The notes beneath the pieces are model-generated. The model was given only the letters and a program-made list of their open reading frames with translations. It was not told the origin of the DNA and searched no databases. Below are positions 7,750 to 16,468 of a DNA stretch of 20,070 nt, in pieces; position 1 is the stretch's first letter; every line of letters starts with the position of its first letter. Source of the DNA: Pseudomonadota bacterium (GTDB lineage Bacteria > Bdellovibrionota > FAC87 > UBA2466); the NCBI GenBank assembly GCA_043718025.1, contig JAYSWN010000180.1:1-20070 (forward strand), written 5' to 3'. Both the position numbers and the translations under genes were made by a program.

Positions 7750-8694
7750 CTATCCTTCGTTTTCAGCGTGAATCGAGGTTGCGGTCGGTTCAACGAGGCA
7801 ACGAACCTTAAAAGCCTCGTTCTGGAGGGGGGCAGGAAGCTGAACCTTAGGAAACCGAAAAACTCCGGAGGCCGTGCCGTCAGGTAGCGGGCGCATCACC
7901 TGTCCGGTGATAGCAAACTCGTCGGTACTAAAATTTTGAACCGCGGGATCGCTTTCATTCCGATAAAAGAGGACATTCTTAGTAGCGAGATAGACACGGC
8001 TACCATCGGCGGCTTCTTGCCTTACGGCGACCATGCCCCACATTTTGGTGCTTTCGTTCTCGGTTGGTGCGCCTGGCGAAGCCGTTTGCATTAAAATCAC
8101 GCCGACTCTTTCTTCTGCATCTGAACAAACCATCGATACGCGATCCCGTTGTTGGGCCACTCGGGCGGCGGTCGCCCGCGGATCCAAGATCCAGTGGGCA
8201 TGATTTTTAACCACGGCAAATCGAGTGTTTGAAACCACGCTCATCCAGTGTCGGTGAATGTCATCGAACGGAAAATTATTTAGCGGAGTAGATTCTGAGG
8301 GGTTGCAGGGGTTACCCATTTGAAAAGCCACCTCCGAAACGCGATCGACGTGAACCAAAGAGACGAAGCTTGCCAACACCTCGCCGTCAACATTGGTACA
8401 AGTTGCCTTTGGGTCAGTCTGCGCCAGCAGAAAAGAGAGCGGCATCTTTAAATCGCGGCGAGATACCGGCACTCTATGCGTTAAAATCTGCATGCCCACC
8501 GTTTCTTGGCGTGGGTTAACGAAGGGATTAGCGTTCACCAATCGTTGCACATTAGGAATCACCGAAGATTGAATTCCTTGCTTGATTCCGCTCAAGGGCT
8601 CGGTCGCGAAGCACCCCGAAAGTAAGCTGACGACAAGCAAACCCGCGCCAACCATCACGCCCGATCGGGCAGCTATCTCAAATTTTTCACCCAT
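7750..8694 (-). CDS. Hypothetical lipoprotein (about 314 aa)
   Basis: Start moved from 8865 to ATG 8694, which has SD AGGA just upstream. This gives a signal peptide MGEKFEIAARSGVMVGAGLLVVSLLSG|C with lipobox LSGC. No family recognised. Confidence 0.7.
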   Translation of the reverse strand: MGEKFEIAARSGVMVGAGLLVVSLLSGCFATEPLSGIKQGIQSSVIPNVQRLVNANPFVNPRQETVGMQILTHRVPVSRRDLKMPLSFLLAQTDPKATCTNVDGEVLASFVSLVHVDRVSEVAFQMGNPCNPSESTPLNNFPFDDIHRHWMSVVSNTRFAVVKNHAHWILDPRATAARVAQQRDRVSMVCSDAEERVGVILMQTASPGAPTENESTKMWGMVAVRQEAADGSRVYLATKNVLFYRNESDPAVQNFSTDEFAITGQVMRPLPDGTASGVFRFPKVQLPAPLQNEAFKVRCLVEPTATSIHAENEG

Positions 8695-8966
8695 GATTTG
8701 TCCTAGAACTTCAGAACGGTTTTGCGAGAGTTCTAAGGATACGCAATCTCGGTGTAGCAACGGTGTGGTAAAAATGTCGTTACCCACACAATCTGGATTG
8801 TATAAACATTTGAAATCAATGAGTTTTAACGTTTTTTGGGAACGCCACAGAAGCGACGGCACCACCCGTTCCGAAAATCATTAAATGACGCAGTGTGCCT
8901 TTGCGAGGCGAGCCTCGAGAATGATAACCGGTAAGCATTAACTTCCTTAAGTGGAGAGGAAAAACC

Positions 8967-11054
8967 GTGAACTGTTTTCGCAAATATATTTCGCTCGCCC
9001 TGCTCTATTGCTTCATCCTGCCGCACGCCTTGATGGCCGACGAAGGAATGTGGGTTTACAACAACCTTCCTTTAAAAATGCTCAAAGACAAATACGGGTT
9101 TGAACCAACCCCTGAGTGGATCGAACACATGATGAAAGCGTCGGTGCGTTTCAACTCCGGTGGATCGGGAAGTTTTGTCTCGAGTAACGGTCTGGTGATG
9201 ACCAACCACCACGTTGCGGCAAACACTCTGGCAAAGATTTCAAACGCCGAGCACAACTACATTCAAACCGGCTTTCTCGCCAAGACCCAAGCCGATGAAA
9301 TTCCGGCCAAAGATTTAGAGCTGAATCAGCTAATGTCCATTGAGGACGTTACCGCGCGCATCAATGCGTCGGTCACCCACGGCATGCCGCCGGAAGAGGC
9401 GGCCAAAGCGCGGCAAACCGCCATTGCCGCGGTGGAAGAAGAATCATTCAAGAAGACCGGACTTCGCAGCAACGTAATCCCCCTTTATCAAGGCGGCCAA
9501 TACCATTTGTACCGCTATAAAAAGTACACCGACGTTCGTTTAGTCTTCGCTCCTGAACTGGACATTGCCTTCTTCGGCGGGGATCCGGACAACTTTGAAT
9601 TTCCCCGTTTTGATTTGGACATGACCTTCTTTCGTGTTTACGAGAACAATGTCCCGGCTAAAATTGACCATTTCTTCAAATGGTCAACCACCGGCGCCGC
9701 CGAAGATGAGCTGGTTTTTGTTAGCGGCAATCCGGGCAGCACGAGCCGTCTTTTCACGGTCGGAGCGCTCGACTTTATGCGCGACACCCGGGTCCCCTAC
9801 TTGCTCGCTCATTTGCAGCGGCAAGAGGTGTTCTTAAAGCTGTTTGCAGAAAAAGGGAGTGAACAGGGTCGGCAAGCGCGCGATGAACTCTTTTCCATAC
9901 AAAACAGCCGCAAAGTTTATGTAGGCCGCCGTCAAGGCCTACAAGATCGGAGGTTCATGGAAGCTAAACAACGGGCGGAGTACGAACTGCGCGCCGCCGT
10001 AGCCGCCGATCCTAAACTCAAAGAATACGAAGGCGCGTGGGACAAAATTGCCTTGGCGCAAAAGGCCCACGGTAAGTTGATGAAACAGCGTCAGCTCTTT
10101 GAAGTTGGTTACGCTTTCAATACCCGGCTGTTCACGATCGCCCGTCACTTAGTGCGCCTGGCCGATGAAGATCTCAAAGCCAATGCCGACCGCTTGCCCG
10201 AGTACCTAGATTCTTCTCGGGCCAGTCTCGAGCAGAGTTTGTTCTCCACCGCTCCGATCTATAAAGAGTACGAAGCTTATAAACTGGGCGTTTCGCTATC
10301 CTTGATGGTCGAACAGCTCGGAGAGCAGAATGAAATGGTGCAAAACATTCTCAAGGGCAAAAACCCTTTAGAACGCGCGACCGAATTGGTGCAAGGCACC
10401 AGCCTTGATAGTCCAGCCATTCGCCGCCTTTTGGGTACCGGCGATAAAGCGGCAAAAAAGGCGGCCATTCAGACGAGCTACGATCCGATGATCGAATTGG
10501 CGCGTCAGGTCGATAAAGTGGCCCGTAAGATTCGCAAAGACTACGAATCAAAAGTGGTGGAGGTCGAACGCCAGGCCTATGCCCAAATTGCAAATGCCAT
10601 CTTTGCCCTCAAAGGCACAAGCGTTTATCCGGATGCCACGTTTACGCTACGCCTGGCCTACGGTCAGGTGAAGGGGTATTCGGAAAATGGAAAAGCGGTG
10701 GCCGCAAAAACCACTTTAGGTGGTGCCTTCGAACATGAAGCTAGTCACGGCTCCGTCGCTCCCTGGAAACTTCCTAAATCGTGGCACGACGCTAAAGACA
10801 AGATGGATCTCAAGACTCCGTTTAACTTCGTGTCGACCGTTGACATCATCGGCGGAAATTCTGGCAGTCCGGTTCTAAATAGATCGGGCGAAGTGGTGGG
10901 GCTGATTTTTGATGGCAACATTCATTCGCTCATGTCGGACTATCTTTATACTGACCGGGTGAGCCGTTCAGTATCCGTCGACTGTGCCGGCATGATTGAA
11001 GCCCTGCGCAATGTTTACGGCGCAGCCGCATTGGCGGAAGAGCTAGGAAAATAA
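8967..11054 (+). CDS. S46 family dipeptidyl peptidase (DPP7-like)
   Basis: Signal peptide followed by DEGMW. Catalytic His in TNHHV, DNFEFPRFDLD, catalytic Ser in DIIGGNSGSPV, and GLIFDGN. SD GGAGAGG before the GTG. Confidence 0.95.
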   Translation: MNCFRKYISLALLYCFILPHALMADEGMWVYNNLPLKMLKDKYGFEPTPEWIEHMMKASVRFNSGGSGSFVSSNGLVMTNHHVAANTLAKISNAEHNYIQTGFLAKTQADEIPAKDLELNQLMSIEDVTARINASVTHGMPPEEAAKARQTAIAAVEEESFKKTGLRSNVIPLYQGGQYHLYRYKKYTDVRLVFAPELDIAFFGGDPDNFEFPRFDLDMTFFRVYENNVPAKIDHFFKWSTTGAAEDELVFVSGNPGSTSRLFTVGALDFMRDTRVPYLLAHLQRQEVFLKLFAEKGSEQGRQARDELFSIQNSRKVYVGRRQGLQDRRFMEAKQRAEYELRAAVAADPKLKEYEGAWDKIALAQKAHGKLMKQRQLFEVGYAFNTRLFTIARHLVRLADEDLKANADRLPEYLDSSRASLEQSLFSTAPIYKEYEAYKLGVSLSLMVEQLGEQNEMVQNILKGKNPLERATELVQGTSLDSPAIRRLLGTGDKAAKKAAIQTSYDPMIELARQVDKVARKIRKDYESKVVEVERQAYAQIANAIFALKGTSVYPDATFTLRLAYGQVKGYSENGKAVAAKTTLGGAFEHEASHGSVAPWKLPKSWHDAKDKMDLKTPFNFVSTVDIIGGNSGSPVLNRSGEVVGLIFDGNIHSLMSDYLYTDRVSRSVSVDCAGMIEALRNVYGAAALAEELGK

Positions 11055-11074
11055 TCTGAAGTAAAAAATTAGCG

Positions 11075-11108
11075 GCGGTCTAGGCTTTGCCTAGACCGCT
11101 TTTTTTTT
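11075..11108 (+). terminator. Rho-independent terminator after the S46 gene, possibly bidirectional
   Basis: 11-bp stem GCGGTCTAGGC / GCCTAGACCGC with a TTT loop, followed by 9 T. An A-tract lies a few bases upstream, and the site sits between convergent genes. Confidence 0.9.
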
Positions 11109-11116
11109 GGTCTTTT

Positions 11117-11596
11117 TTACCAGGCGGAAACGATATCGTAATCGCGCAGTACGCCCTTTACCGTCACCGAAATTTGATCTCCCACTTTAGCGCCGAGCAG
11201 AAGCTCTCCGAGCGGCGACTGCGGAGTGATGCATTGAACGGTTTTGCCCTCGTAGACTACGGACTGGCCGCCGCCTTTTGGCATGAGCAGGCAATAGGCT
11301 TTTTGCCCGTCGCAATCTAGTTCAACCAAGGCGGTGGACGCAATTTTGGTGCTGGCATTGAACTCTTTGAGATCCAGATGATGAAACAGGTCGAGCATCT
11401 CCTGAAGCTCCATCGCCCGTTTCGATTGGGCCCCCGCCAGGTAGCTGGCCTCGAGCCCCCGAGTGTCATACTTATCTTCGGCTTTACTCTCGGCGTGGGT
11501 TGCCGCCCCATGGGCCGCTAAGGCCGCTTGGGTTAGCACGGCGAGATCCGCGGCCGTTTTCTCTTGAAACTTCTTTATGAGTTCTAACTTGTTCAA
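11117..11596 (-). CDS. GreA/GreB-family elongation factor-like protein
   Basis: N-terminal coiled coil with acidic tip ESKAEDKYDTRGLEASYLAGAQ. C-terminal GreA/B motif ITPQSPLGELLLGAKVGD. TTG start. Confidence 0.85.
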   Translation of the reverse strand: MNKLELIKKFQEKTAADLAVLTQAALAAHGAATHAESKAEDKYDTRGLEASYLAGAQSKRAMELQEMLDLFHHLDLKEFNASTKIASTALVELDCDGQKAYCLLMPKGGGQSVVYEGKTVQCITPQSPLGELLLGAKVGDQISVTVKGVLRDYDIVSAW

Positions 11597-11793
11597 GCTC
11601 TTTTCATAAGTTGTGCGGCCAGCAGGGTCAAAAACCTTTTCAGAAAAGATTTCGAGACTACGCCATCACTAAGAACACTGAAATATCGGTAAGTTGGTGG
11701 TCCAAGAATTTTGCGGATTGTACTTATTTAGCAGTTCCGTTATCTCTCCCTTTAGCGCGAAGGGGCGCGCTGGCAAAACGCTTCAAAAAGGTG

Positions 11794-12465
11794 ATGTTTC
11801 TGACCACCCCGATGAATACAAATCGCCCGCCGTTAAGATTAAAGGCTCGCCTCCTTATAGGGGTTCTTGCCCTGCTTTTGCTGCTCCCGGGATCCGCTTA
11901 CGGCGAAGTTTCTGTCTGCAGAAGCGCAATTCTTAGCCTTCTCACCGCCAACTTGATCACGAATTATGTGAAATTTGAATTTCCACCGGGCGCCGTGGAA
12001 AAGACCTTTTCGGAGTTACTAGAGGCATCTGAGCCGGCCAGTGGTAGCCTTTCCCGCTTCATTTACCGGCGGCAAAACCTATTTCGACTGATCCATGCGT
12101 CTTTTTTCGCCGTGGAAAAATTACCGGTTGTTTCGGCAACGACTTTTTTGCGGCAATTCAAGCGTGGCGTTTGGTACAACTTTGTCATCGTCGGAAACTC
12201 AATGACCGTGGGCGAGGCCGGAAACTGGAAACTGACCCAGCTGGTGGCCAAACACATTGCCCTCGCCGCCACGATGAACTCAGCTTATGCCGCCGGGGCA
12301 TTTAGAATTGAGTACGATGACACGTTAACTCTCACCAATGATTCAGGAACCTTCGAGCCGAAGTTAGAAACGATAATCAAGGTCGGAGCGCTCCTAGAGG
12401 AACACCTTCCCGGATTGAAGGTCGCAATTTACGATTATCGCTCTTTTCGAAAAATGGCCAATTAG
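11794..12465 (+). CDS. Secreted hypothetical protein with an enzyme-like C-terminal motif
   Basis: Likely start is ATG 11794 or 11812 rather than 11611, giving signal peptide ...RLKARLLIGVLALLLLLPGSAYG|E. C-terminal YNFVI...KHIALA...AAGAF...LTNDSGTFEP. Confidence 0.65.
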   Translation: MFLTTPMNTNRPPLRLKARLLIGVLALLLLLPGSAYGEVSVCRSAILSLLTANLITNYVKFEFPPGAVEKTFSELLEASEPASGSLSRFIYRRQNLFRLIHASFFAVEKLPVVSATTFLRQFKRGVWYNFVIVGNSMTVGEAGNWKLTQLVAKHIALAATMNSAYAAGAFRIEYDDTLTLTNDSGTFEPKLETIIKVGALLEEHLPGLKVAIYDYRSFRKMAN

Positions 12466-12490
12466 AGAAGGCTAGCGTCAAACCGCAGAG

Positions 12491-14317
12491 TCACTTCATC
12501 GCCTCTAGCTGTGACCACCTTGCGTAGAGTCTATCGACCTCATTTTGGACTTTGGCCGCCTCGGCGCAAAGTTCGGCAAGTTTGGCGCCGTTGCTCTGAT
12601 TTTCGGGCGCATTGAGATCAGCTTGTAACTTTTCTAACTTGGCCTCGGTAGCCTGAATTTTGACGTCCATCCCGGCAAGTTCGCGCGAGTCGTTAAAGCT
12701 CATCTTCTTCTTGCCACCGCTCGACGACGCCGCTCGGGAGTCAACCTTTGCCGCCTCTTTTTTTTCTCGGCGCCGGGCTTCCCGCCAGTCTTCCCACTGC
12801 GACAGATCGGCAAACGCCACCACTTTCGAGCCGCCTTCGGGACGGTCAAAAAAGGCTAATATCTGAGTGGCCGTTTGATCCAAAAAGAAACGATCGTGAG
12901 TCACTAAAATTACCGCTCCCTCAAACTCAACCAACACGTTTTGCAAAACATCGAGCGTCTCAAGATCGAGATCATTCGTAGGTTCGTCGAGCACTAATAC
13001 GTTTGCCTCTTGCAACATCAGCCGGGCCAAAAGCACCCGCGCTTGCTCGCCTCCCGACAAGCGGCCCACCAAAACTTCGCGCTGCTCCTTCTTAAACAGA
13101 AACCGGTCGAGATAGCCGTGAATGTGAACCATGCGGCCCCTGAAATTTACCTCGTCGCCGTGCGGACACAACGTTCTGCGCAAAGTTTCATTTGGATTTA
13201 AAGAGTCGCGGTTCTGTTCAAAGTACGCCACCTTGAGATGGTCGGTGCGAAAAACTTTGCCGCGATCAGGCTGTTCTTGCCCAAGCAATATTCGAATCAA
13301 CGTCGACTTGCCGCAGCCGTTGCGACCCAAGAGACCAAGACGGCTACCTGGCCCCAAAAAGACTTCGACGTCGGAAAAAAGGGGCTGGCCGCCGTAAGAT
13401 TTGCTCATGGCGTTGCCTTCGATAATCCGTTTGGGCTTTTTGTCGGTAGACTCAAAACTTAACCGGGTAACCCGATGCTGATTGCGGGTCTCAAGCTCGC
13501 TCACGGTTTTTATGAGCGCCTCGGCCGAGTGAATGCGCGCCTGCTGTTTGGTGGAGCGTGCCTTAGCGCCACGGCGAAGCCATTCGGTCTCGCGCCGCAA
13601 AGTGTTTTTTAAAATCACTTCCGTGCGTAACTGATTTTGCAGCAACTCCTCTTTTCGATCGAGGTAGGTAAAATAATCGCCGGGGACACTCAAGAGTCCC
13701 CCCGGATTCCTTGGGTCGAGGTCAAGAATTCGGTTAGACACTTTCTGCAAAAAAGCGCGGTCATGGGTAATGGTCACGGTGGCAATTTTGGTGACCGCCA
13801 AAAACTCTTCGAGCCACAAGATGCTCTCGACATCTAAATGGTTGGTCGGCTCATCTAACAATAAAAGGTGCGGCCCTTTTACTAACTCGCGAGCGAGGGC
13901 AACTCGCTTTTTCCAACCACCCGAAAGCGTCTCTACCGCCTTTTCGGAAAACTCGGTGAGCTCTAGTCGCGATAGCCATTCACCGGTAACCGTATCGGCG
14001 TCATCATGGTGATTGGCCGGAACCGCCGCCCGAACCGCCTCTTCCACCGTCATGGCATCGGGCAAAGTAGGAATCTGTTCAAGGTAGCCAATCGTAATTC
14101 CACGCTGTCGGGAAACTTCACCGGCATCGGCGTCGATTTGGCCGGCAATGATCTTAAGCAGAGTTGATTTACCGGCTCCGTTGGGGCCAATCAGCCCTAC
14201 CCGCTCGCCTTCATCGACCACAAAGTCGATGCTGTCGAAAAGGGGACGAACCCCAAAGCCTTTACGAAGTGATTTTGCGCTGATGAGCAGTGGCACAGGG
14301 GCGTAAGTATGCCACAT
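12491..14317 (-). CDS. uup: ABC-F family ATP-binding protein, Uup-like
   Basis: Two ABC domains (GPNGAGKS/LSGG/LLLDEPTNHLD and GRNGCGKS/LSGGE/LVLDEPTNDLD). Linker EWLRRGAKARSTKQQAR and C-terminal coiled coil ending LYARWSQLE. No membrane segments. Start may be GTG 14296. Confidence 0.9.
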   Translation of the reverse strand: MWHTYAPVPLLISAKSLRKGFGVRPLFDSIDFVVDEGERVGLIGPNGAGKSTLLKIIAGQIDADAGEVSRQRGITIGYLEQIPTLPDAMTVEEAVRAAVPANHHDDADTVTGEWLSRLELTEFSEKAVETLSGGWKKRVALARELVKGPHLLLLDEPTNHLDVESILWLEEFLAVTKIATVTITHDRAFLQKVSNRILDLDPRNPGGLLSVPGDYFTYLDRKEELLQNQLRTEVILKNTLRRETEWLRRGAKARSTKQQARIHSAEALIKTVSELETRNQHRVTRLSFESTDKKPKRIIEGNAMSKSYGGQPLFSDVEVFLGPGSRLGLLGRNGCGKSTLIRILLGQEQPDRGKVFRTDHLKVAYFEQNRDSLNPNETLRRTLCPHGDEVNFRGRMVHIHGYLDRFLFKKEQREVLVGRLSGGEQARVLLARLMLQEANVLVLDEPTNDLDLETLDVLQNVLVEFEGAVILVTHDRFFLDQTATQILAFFDRPEGGSKVVAFADLSQWEDWREARRREKKEAAKVDSRAASSSGGKKKMSFNDSRELAGMDVKIQATEAKLEKLQADLNAPENQSNGAKLAELCAEAAKVQNEVDRLYARWSQLEAMK

Positions 14318-14394
14318 GGCATTACAAATTACTCTCCTTTCCTCCAGTTTTTCGTTGGACTTTCCAGAGGGTTGGCTCGCAAGATGACGATGAC

Positions 14395-15819
14395 ATGGAA
14401 ACCAATTACCACTTAATCATCCTACTTGTGGAGTGGGCCATCCGCGTGGTGATGATGATTGTGGTGCCCGCTCGTCGGTCGCCAACCGCCGCTAAGGTGT
14501 GGCTACTTCTGATCTTTTTCGAGCCGGTGCTTGGACTGCTTGTTTTTCTTATCTTTGGTAGCTCAAAAACGCCCCGCTGGCGCCGCCTGCAACTATTAAA
14601 ACTGCCAGAGGTCCTAAAACCACTACGGGCCAGTCTAAAAAGCGACCCCAATCTCTTTAGCGGGCCAATTGAAACAGAGTTTGCCGACAGCGTTAGGCTT
14701 GCCCAAAGGCTGGGTAGTCTACCCTTACTCGGCAAAAACAGCGTCGAGGTTTTAACCATCTATAGCCAGAGTATCGATAGGTTGGTTGACGACATTAACC
14801 GCGCCAAGAGCTCGGTGCATCTCGTTTATTATATTTTCTACCCCGACTCGACCGGCAAAATGGTGGCCGCCGCTTTGACCGCCGCCGCCAAGCGCGGCGT
14901 AGAGTGCCGATTGTTGCTCGACGCCGTGGGTTCACGCAAAGCGCTCGGTAAAATGGCGCGCGAGCTCCGAAAAAACGGGGTGCAGGTCGTGGACATCCTG
15001 CCGTTCGGCTTTTTCAGAAAACGGGCCGCCCGTTTCGATTTGCGCAACCACCGAAAAATTGCCGTGATCGATGGTTGCATTGCCTACGTAGGTTCGCAAA
15101 ACATCATCAACAGCAAGCATTTTGAAGGGCTCGTTTATCAAGAGCTGGTCACGCGAGTCACCGGTCCGGCCGTGTGGCAGCTTCAATATCTTTTTATTTC
15201 TGACTGGTATTTAGAAAACGACGAGTTGCTGGATAATTTAAAATATTTTCCTAATCCAACCACCGGCGGAACGGTTGCTTTACAAACTCTGCCCAGTGGC
15301 CCCGACTATTCTTTTCAAAATAATGAGATGGTATTGCTGTCTCTTTTCCACGCCGCGAAAAAACGAATTTGTCTGGTTACGCCTTACTTCATCCCCGACG
15401 ATCCTATTTTGAGCGCGCTCGAAACTGCGGCCGTAAGGGGGGTTGAGGTTATTTTGATCGTCTCGGAAAAAGCAGATAACTTGGTGGTGAATTTAGCCCA
15501 ACGGTCTTATTACGAGCGAGTGTTAGAAGCCGGCATCAAAGTGTATCAATACAAAAAGAAGTTTTTGCACGCTAAGCACGTCACCGTGGACTACCGGATG
15601 ATGACGGTGGGATCTTACAACATCGACATCCGATCGTTTACGTTGAATGCCGAGTTGATGTTACTGGCCTACGATCAAAACCTGGCGCAAAAGATTGTGG
15701 ACATTGAAATAAGTTATCTAAGCTTGTGTGAAGAGCTGACGCTTGAACAGTGGCAAAAGCGATCGCTCATCGTAAAAACGGGTGAGAATTTTGCGCGGTT
15801 GTTTAGCCCACTTTTATAA
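14395..15819 (+). CDS. cls: Cardiolipin synthase (ClsA-type, phospholipase D family)
   Basis: Two N-terminal TM helices and two HKD motifs (NHRKIAVIDG, LHAKHVTVD), plus TPYFIPD and GSYNIDIRSFTLNAE. Start moved to ATG 14395 to remove the overlap with the divergent gene. Confidence 0.92.
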   Translation: METNYHLIILLVEWAIRVVMMIVVPARRSPTAAKVWLLLIFFEPVLGLLVFLIFGSSKTPRWRRLQLLKLPEVLKPLRASLKSDPNLFSGPIETEFADSVRLAQRLGSLPLLGKNSVEVLTIYSQSIDRLVDDINRAKSSVHLVYYIFYPDSTGKMVAAALTAAAKRGVECRLLLDAVGSRKALGKMARELRKNGVQVVDILPFGFFRKRAARFDLRNHRKIAVIDGCIAYVGSQNIINSKHFEGLVYQELVTRVTGPAVWQLQYLFISDWYLENDELLDNLKYFPNPTTGGTVALQTLPSGPDYSFQNNEMVLLSLFHAAKKRICLVTPYFIPDDPILSALETAAVRGVEVILIVSEKADNLVVNLAQRSYYERVLEAGIKVYQYKKKFLHAKHVTVDYRMMTVGSYNIDIRSFTLNAELMLLAYDQNLAQKIVDIEISYLSLCEELTLEQWQKRSLIVKTGENFARLFSPLL

Positions 15820-15840
15820 ATAAATTTACGGTGGTGTTCG

Positions 15841-16437
15841 ATGAAACTATGCCGTCTCGTAATGTGGTTTGTTCTATTCGGATGCCTCGCAAGTTCCGCG
15901 GATGACGAAAGTCGATTTCGCCCCAACCCGTGGCAGCTTTCGGCCAAGCTGGGCGCCAACGTGTCGGCACCGTCGTCAATGGCGGCATCGGATAAGCGGT
16001 TTCCTTTCTCGACCGGATTGGGCGTTGATTATTTTGTCACCCGGGTGATGGGTGGCTTTATTACAACGGAAATAATTTCCCGCGGCTTTAGCCAAGCGGG
16101 CAGCTCGTCCACCACTACATTTTTGGATCTGGGTACGGGGTTTAGTGTGCGCATTGGCAGCCACTGGTTTACCGAAACCTCTATGAGTCTATTTCGTTTC
16201 GCAGTTTTTTATTCTCAACCCTTTTCGGACTATTCAGGAGGATTGGCCCCCCCTTTTGGAGTGGGTTCTCGCGGGTACTTTGGCCTGAGCTTCGCACAAG
16301 ACATCCTGTTTCCGGTTTCTGAAAATTGGAAAATTGGTTTCTGCGTCGGTGGTAAAGTGGGCTTGAGCGATGCCGTTGCGGCGTCGAGCGTGAAGTTTTA
16401 CGAGGCCAATCTATCGTTTGTCGCCGCGCTTCGTTGA
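15841..16437 (+). CDS. Small outer-membrane beta-barrel-like protein (198 aa)
   Basis: Signal peptide (MKLCRLVMWFVLFGCLASSA|D) followed by about eight Gly/aromatic-rich amphipathic strands (e.g. FSTGLGVDYF, YFGLSFAQDILFPV, WKIGFCVGGKVGL). Confidence 0.65.
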   Translation: MKLCRLVMWFVLFGCLASSADDESRFRPNPWQLSAKLGANVSAPSSMAASDKRFPFSTGLGVDYFVTRVMGGFITTEIISRGFSQAGSSSTTTFLDLGTGFSVRIGSHWFTETSMSLFRFAVFYSQPFSDYSGGLAPPFGVGSRGYFGLSFAQDILFPVSENWKIGFCVGGKVGLSDAVAASSVKFYEANLSFVAALR

Positions 16438-16468
16438 TCCCTTTTCAAAGCGAAAATCAGGTGCCAAG

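Noticed and set aside
8695..8865. N-terminal 57 codons of the 371-aa ORF
   Set aside because: ATG 8694 has an SD and yields a proper lipoprotein signal. The upstream part looks like regulatory DNA.
11768..11790. TGGCA... as a sigma54 promoter
   Set aside because: The -12 GC dinucleotide is missing (TTCA instead of TTGC).
11611..11793. N-terminal extension of the 284-aa ORF
   Set aside because: It would leave only 14 bp for divergent promoters and would bury the signal peptide internally, so a later ATG is more plausible.
12491..14317. ABC-F as an antibiotic-resistance (ARE) factor
   Set aside because: The linker and C-terminal coiled coil match housekeeping Uup-type proteins, and there is no mobile or resistance context.
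14290..14394. Apparent head-to-head overlap of cls and the ABC-F gene
   Set aside because: It disappears when cls starts at ATG 14395, where the typical ClsA membrane anchor begins.
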